From Ignavibacteriota bacterium (GTDB lineage Bacteria; Bacteroidota; Ignavibacteria; UBA10030; BY39): a stretch of DNA of 64,000 nt. The translations under genes and the position numbers were made by a program. The notes under the pieces were generated by a model. It did not search any database and was not told the DNA's origin. It saw nothing but the letters and a program-made list of their open reading frames with translations. Location: NCBI GenBank assembly GCA_003327435.1, contig QOQV01000004.1, forward strand, positions 130,467 to 194,466. Reading direction: 5' to 3'. Numbering within the stretch: position 1 is the stretch's first letter; every line of letters starts with the position of its first letter. This document shows, piece by piece, positions 61,011 to 64,000 of this stretch.

Positions 61011-61471
61011 TATTTCCTTTCTATTATTTCGATTTTTAATAATGCTTTGTATTTTTCCTGGTCTCGTGGAACATTATGAACGGGATATGGATCTAACTGC
61101 ATCAAAGTAATCAGGAAATATTTTGCAACTATGGACTGATGTTGCGCTGTATTTTCTTTATTCACATATCCTTTGATTTTCAGGTAATGATATTCTTGAG
61201 TCCCGATATCATTGAAATTTAATTTTAATCTTATTTGAGCTTCACCTTCCCAGACACAAACCACACCAATTGCACAGCGTGAGTCGGTAAGCAAACTATC
61301 GAATTTCACTGAGAGTTCGCCTGTAGATAAAGTTTTTTCTTCACCAAATTTAATTTCAAATTCCTGTCCCAGTGAAAATTTTCCATTTTCAATTAATGTA
61401 GATTTACAACCGAAGATAAAAAATGTTAGTATGATTAGAGACCATTTCATTTCAGTCAAATATAAATTCAT
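61010..61471 (-). CDS. small lipoprotein, unknown function
   Basis: Lipobox IILTFFIFGC|KS. The real start is probably ATG 61450. Confidence 0.5.
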   Translation of the reverse strand: MNLYLTEMKWSLIILTFFIFGCKSTLIENGKFSLGQEFEIKFGEEKTLSTGELSVKFDSLLTDSRCAIGVVCVWEGEAQIRLKLNFNDIGTQEYHYLKIKGYVNKENTAQHQSIVAKYFLITLMQLDPYPVHNVPRDQEKYKALLKIEIIERK

Positions 61472-61540
61472 TTGTTGAAATATTCAAATTTTTTGGATAT
61501 AAGTGGATAATTTGATAATTTTCAAATAAAATTTAGAGAA

Positions 61541-62476
61541 ATGAAGGAAAAGAAATATGTATTGGGAGTAGATGGCGGTGGTTCAAAAACCACAGCCATC
61601 CTGGTTGCACTTGACGGAAGTGTAATCGCTGATTTACATACAGAGGCAACAAATCCACAAAATCTCGGATATGATGTCTCGGCTTCGATACTGGTTGGAT
61701 TAATACGCGATATCTGCCAAAAAGCTAATTGCAGTATAGCTGAAATTAAATCCGTCGTGATGGGCATTGCAGGTATTGGGCGGCAAAGAGATGTTGATGC
61801 TCTTTTAAATTCAATAGAAACGAATGCACGCAAACAAAAACTACAACTACCTCAAATACGACTGGAAACTGATGCAAGAATTGCTCTTGAAGCAGCATTT
61901 GCCAGCGGACCGGGTATTGCTCTGATTGCAGGAACCGGCTCAATAGCTATTGCAAAAAACGAGGACGGAAAAATATTTCGACTTGGTGGCTGGGGACGAG
62001 TTTTAGGTGATGAAGGCAGCGGTTATTCAATTGCTCTAAATGCAATTAAAGCAGCTATAAAAGCATACGAAGGTCGTGGCGATAGAACAGCTCTGCTAAA
62101 TTTAGTTATCGAACACTTTGAATGTGAATCTTTAGAAGAATTAATTTATAAAATAAAACTGGAAAATGCCGACATTGCATCTTTTGCACCAAAAGTATTG
62201 AAAGCAGCAATGGAGTTTGATCATATTTCTCACAACATTCTTTTCAATCAGGCAAACGAACTTGCTGAACTCGTAAGAACTTTAGTCAACAAAATACATC
62301 CCAAGAAAAAAATTCCAGTCGCACTGATGGGCGGATTACTTGAAAACGAGAACATTTATTCTAAGATGGTCAAAGAGAGAGTTTCGCGTTCGCTACCTCA
62401 AATTGTTATACAAAAACCAAAATTTCCAACTGCTTTTGGCGCAGCAATATTGGGTTTAAATGCATTTAACTTTTAA
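61541..62476 (+). CDS. BadF/BadG/BcrA/BcrD-type ATPase (N-acetylglucosamine kinase-like)
   Basis: N-terminal LGVDGGGSKT phosphate-1 motif; ASKHA fold length. 311 aa. Confidence 0.75.
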   Translation: MKEKKYVLGVDGGGSKTTAILVALDGSVIADLHTEATNPQNLGYDVSASILVGLIRDICQKANCSIAEIKSVVMGIAGIGRQRDVDALLNSIETNARKQKLQLPQIRLETDARIALEAAFASGPGIALIAGTGSIAIAKNEDGKIFRLGGWGRVLGDEGSGYSIALNAIKAAIKAYEGRGDRTALLNLVIEHFECESLEELIYKIKLENADIASFAPKVLKAAMEFDHISHNILFNQANELAELVRTLVNKIHPKKKIPVALMGGLLENENIYSKMVKERVSRSLPQIVIQKPKFPTAFGAAILGLNAFNF

Positions 62477-62493
62477 TTTATTCACCTGTGATT

Positions 62494-64000
62494 ATGAAAA
62501 ATTTTATCATATTTGCAATTTCAATTTTTACTATAATTAATTTTTCGTGTGCACCACAAAGGGAATTTGTTACAAAACACGAAGAACCCATACCAGAAGA
62601 GAAATCGGATGTAACTGAAATCATAGAAACCAAAACAAACTGGATCGAGGACACTTTTGAGAGGCTAACACTCGAAGAAAAAATAGGCCAGATGATAATG
62701 CCAAGAGCATACGGATATTTTACAAATACAAACAGCGATGAATATCAAAGTATGTTGAGGTTGGTTAAGGAAAAAAAAGTTGGAGGTTTTTGTTTCTTTC
62801 AGGGAGATGTGTATGCTACAGCCGTAACGATTAACAAGTTACAGGTGGAGTCAAAAATTCCACTTTTAGTAGCAGCAGATTTTGAGAGAGGTGGACCGAT
62901 GCGAATTAGAAGAATGACACCATTTCCTGAAGCAATGGCTGTGGGAGCTTCCAGAAGAGCTGATTTAGCTTACAGGATGGGGGAGATCATTGCAAAAGAA
63001 TCCAGAGCAATTGGAGTTCACATCAACTTCGCACCAGTTGCCGATGTAAACAACAATCCAGCAAACCCAGTTATAAACACACGCTCTTATGGAGAATCTC
63101 CAGAGTTGGTTACAGAGCTTGCTTTAGCATATATGAAAGGAATGCAACAGAATGGTTTAATTGCTACAGCAAAACATTTTCCGGGTCATGGTGATACTGA
63201 TGTTGATTCACACTACGATTTACCAGTTTTAAATGTAACTCGTTCACGCCTCGATAGTATCGAACTTCGTCCATTTAGAAAACTCATTGAACAGGGATTA
63301 ATGGCAATTATGACCGCGCATATTTCAATCCCGGCGATAGATAAAAAAACTGTCCCTGCATCTCTTTCAAAAAATATTACCACAAAAATACTAAAAGAAG
63401 AGTTGGGTTTTGAAGGGTTAGTTTTTACAGATGCACTTGAGATGAGAGGAGTATCAAAGTTATATAGCACATCTGACGCTGTGATAGCCGCAGTTTTGGC
63501 AGGTGCTGATGTTTTGTTGCTTCCTGTTGATGAATCAAATGCTATCGATGCTCTGGTTAATGCAGTAAAAGCTGGTAAAATAAGTGAAGAGCGCATAAAT
63601 GAATCAGTCAAAAAAATTCTTGCATACAAACAATGGTTGAAGTTGGATGAAGAAAAATTTATAGATGTGAACAAAATTTCGGATATAGTGAGCAATCCTG
63701 AACACTGGCAGGTAGCAAAAGAAATTGCACAGGCATCTATAACTGTTGCGTTAAATCAATCAGCAATTCCATTACAAAATCTCAGAAATTCGCTTGTATT
63801 AATTATTACCGACACAGATGATTACAGAACCGACATCAATCGTTCTGGAAATCCAAATCCAAATGAGCGAGCCGGGGATTACCTGCTTTCACAGTTTAGA
63901 GCAAGGAGTTCAAATTTTAAAACTCTCAGAATATCACCTCAAACCACAGCTGGTGAATTAAACACAATCCTATCCCAGAGCAATAGTTATAAAAATATTC
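62494..64000 (+). CDS. GH3 beta-N-acetylhexosaminidase (NagZ-like), partial; continues past the window end
   Basis: ATG 62494 with signal peptide. KHFPGHGDTDVDSH GH3 motif. No stop codon before 64000. Confidence 0.8.
   Translation, partial: MKNFIIFAISIFTIINFSCAPQREFVTKHEEPIPEEKSDVTEIIETKTNWIEDTFERLTLEEKIGQMIMPRAYGYFTNTNSDEYQSMLRLVKEKKVGGFCFFQGDVYATAVTINKLQVESKIPLLVAADFERGGPMRIRRMTPFPEAMAVGASRRADLAYRMGEIIAKESRAIGVHINFAPVADVNNNPANPVINTRSYGESPELVTELALAYMKGMQQNGLIATAKHFPGHGDTDVDSHYDLPVLNVTRSRLDSIELRPFRKLIEQGLMAIMTAHISIPAIDKKTVPASLSKNITTKILKEELGFEGLVFTDALEMRGVSKLYSTSDAVIAAVLAGADVLLLPVDESNAIDALVNAVKAGKISEERINESVKKILAYKQWLKLDEEKFIDVNKISDIVSNPEHWQVAKEIAQASITVALNQSAIPLQNLRNSLVLIITDTDDYRTDINRSGNPNPNERAGDYLLSQFRARSSNFKTLRISPQTTAGELNTILSQSNSYKNI

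Noticed and set aside
63213-63695. 160-aa minus-strand ORF
   Set aside because: It lies antisense inside the GH3 NagZ-like gene, which is strongly supported by the KHFPGHGDTD motif. It is a shadow ORF.

Overview
This 64-kb window is a densely coded, low-GC (roughly 35%) chromosomal segment, and I found no rRNA, tRNA, CRISPR array, integrase or transposase. Taxonomy is inferred only: three proteins carry C-terminal T9SS-type sorting domains, which suggests an FCB-group bacterium (Bacteroidota/Ignavibacteriota-like). Most genes are housekeeping, arranged in three long minus-strand runs (tatC upstream to glgA; rluD upstream to ileS, then PNP–divIVA–yggS; tpiA neighbourhood) and one plus-strand run (UDG, SDR, trans-sulfuration enzyme, DMT, ECF sigma factor, DUF4097-like protein).

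Five regions look accessory or unusual:
- **Surface/T9SS cargo cluster, 6.8–15.3 kb.** Two tandem paralogous M28 aminopeptidases each carry a 7-bladed BNR/Ycf48-like beta-propeller insert. A 1131-aa protein follows with three lamin-tail-domain repeats.
- **Repeat array, 42.58–43.21 kb.** A GC-rich, hairpin-laden nested tandem array sits between clpC and a maltodextrin ABC/GH13/GDE locus: 3 x 32 bp, then 2 x 192 bp plus decayed copies.
- **Two-gene operon, 51.3–52.8 kb.** A Yip1-type 5-TM membrane protein is tightly coupled to a Pol-beta-superfamily nucleotidyltransferase with a helical C-domain, which is a possible minimal signalling or defence module.
- **Type I R-M remnant, 58.2–58.9 kb.** An HsdM N-terminal fragment is fused in-frame to a secreted VOC-fold protein, with a degraded intergenic region beside it.
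- **Glycan-processing cluster, 55.5–64 kb.** It contains a GH5 beta-mannanase with a T9SS sorting domain, a Tat-exported glycosylasparaginase, a BadF-type GlcNAc kinase and a GH3 NagZ-like enzyme.

Three start codons are revised because rho-independent terminator hairpins sit inside the over-extended ORFs (rlmN, PAP2; also the 27433..28359 OMP on RBS evidence). Everything here comes from reading the sequence and translations; no database searches were run.
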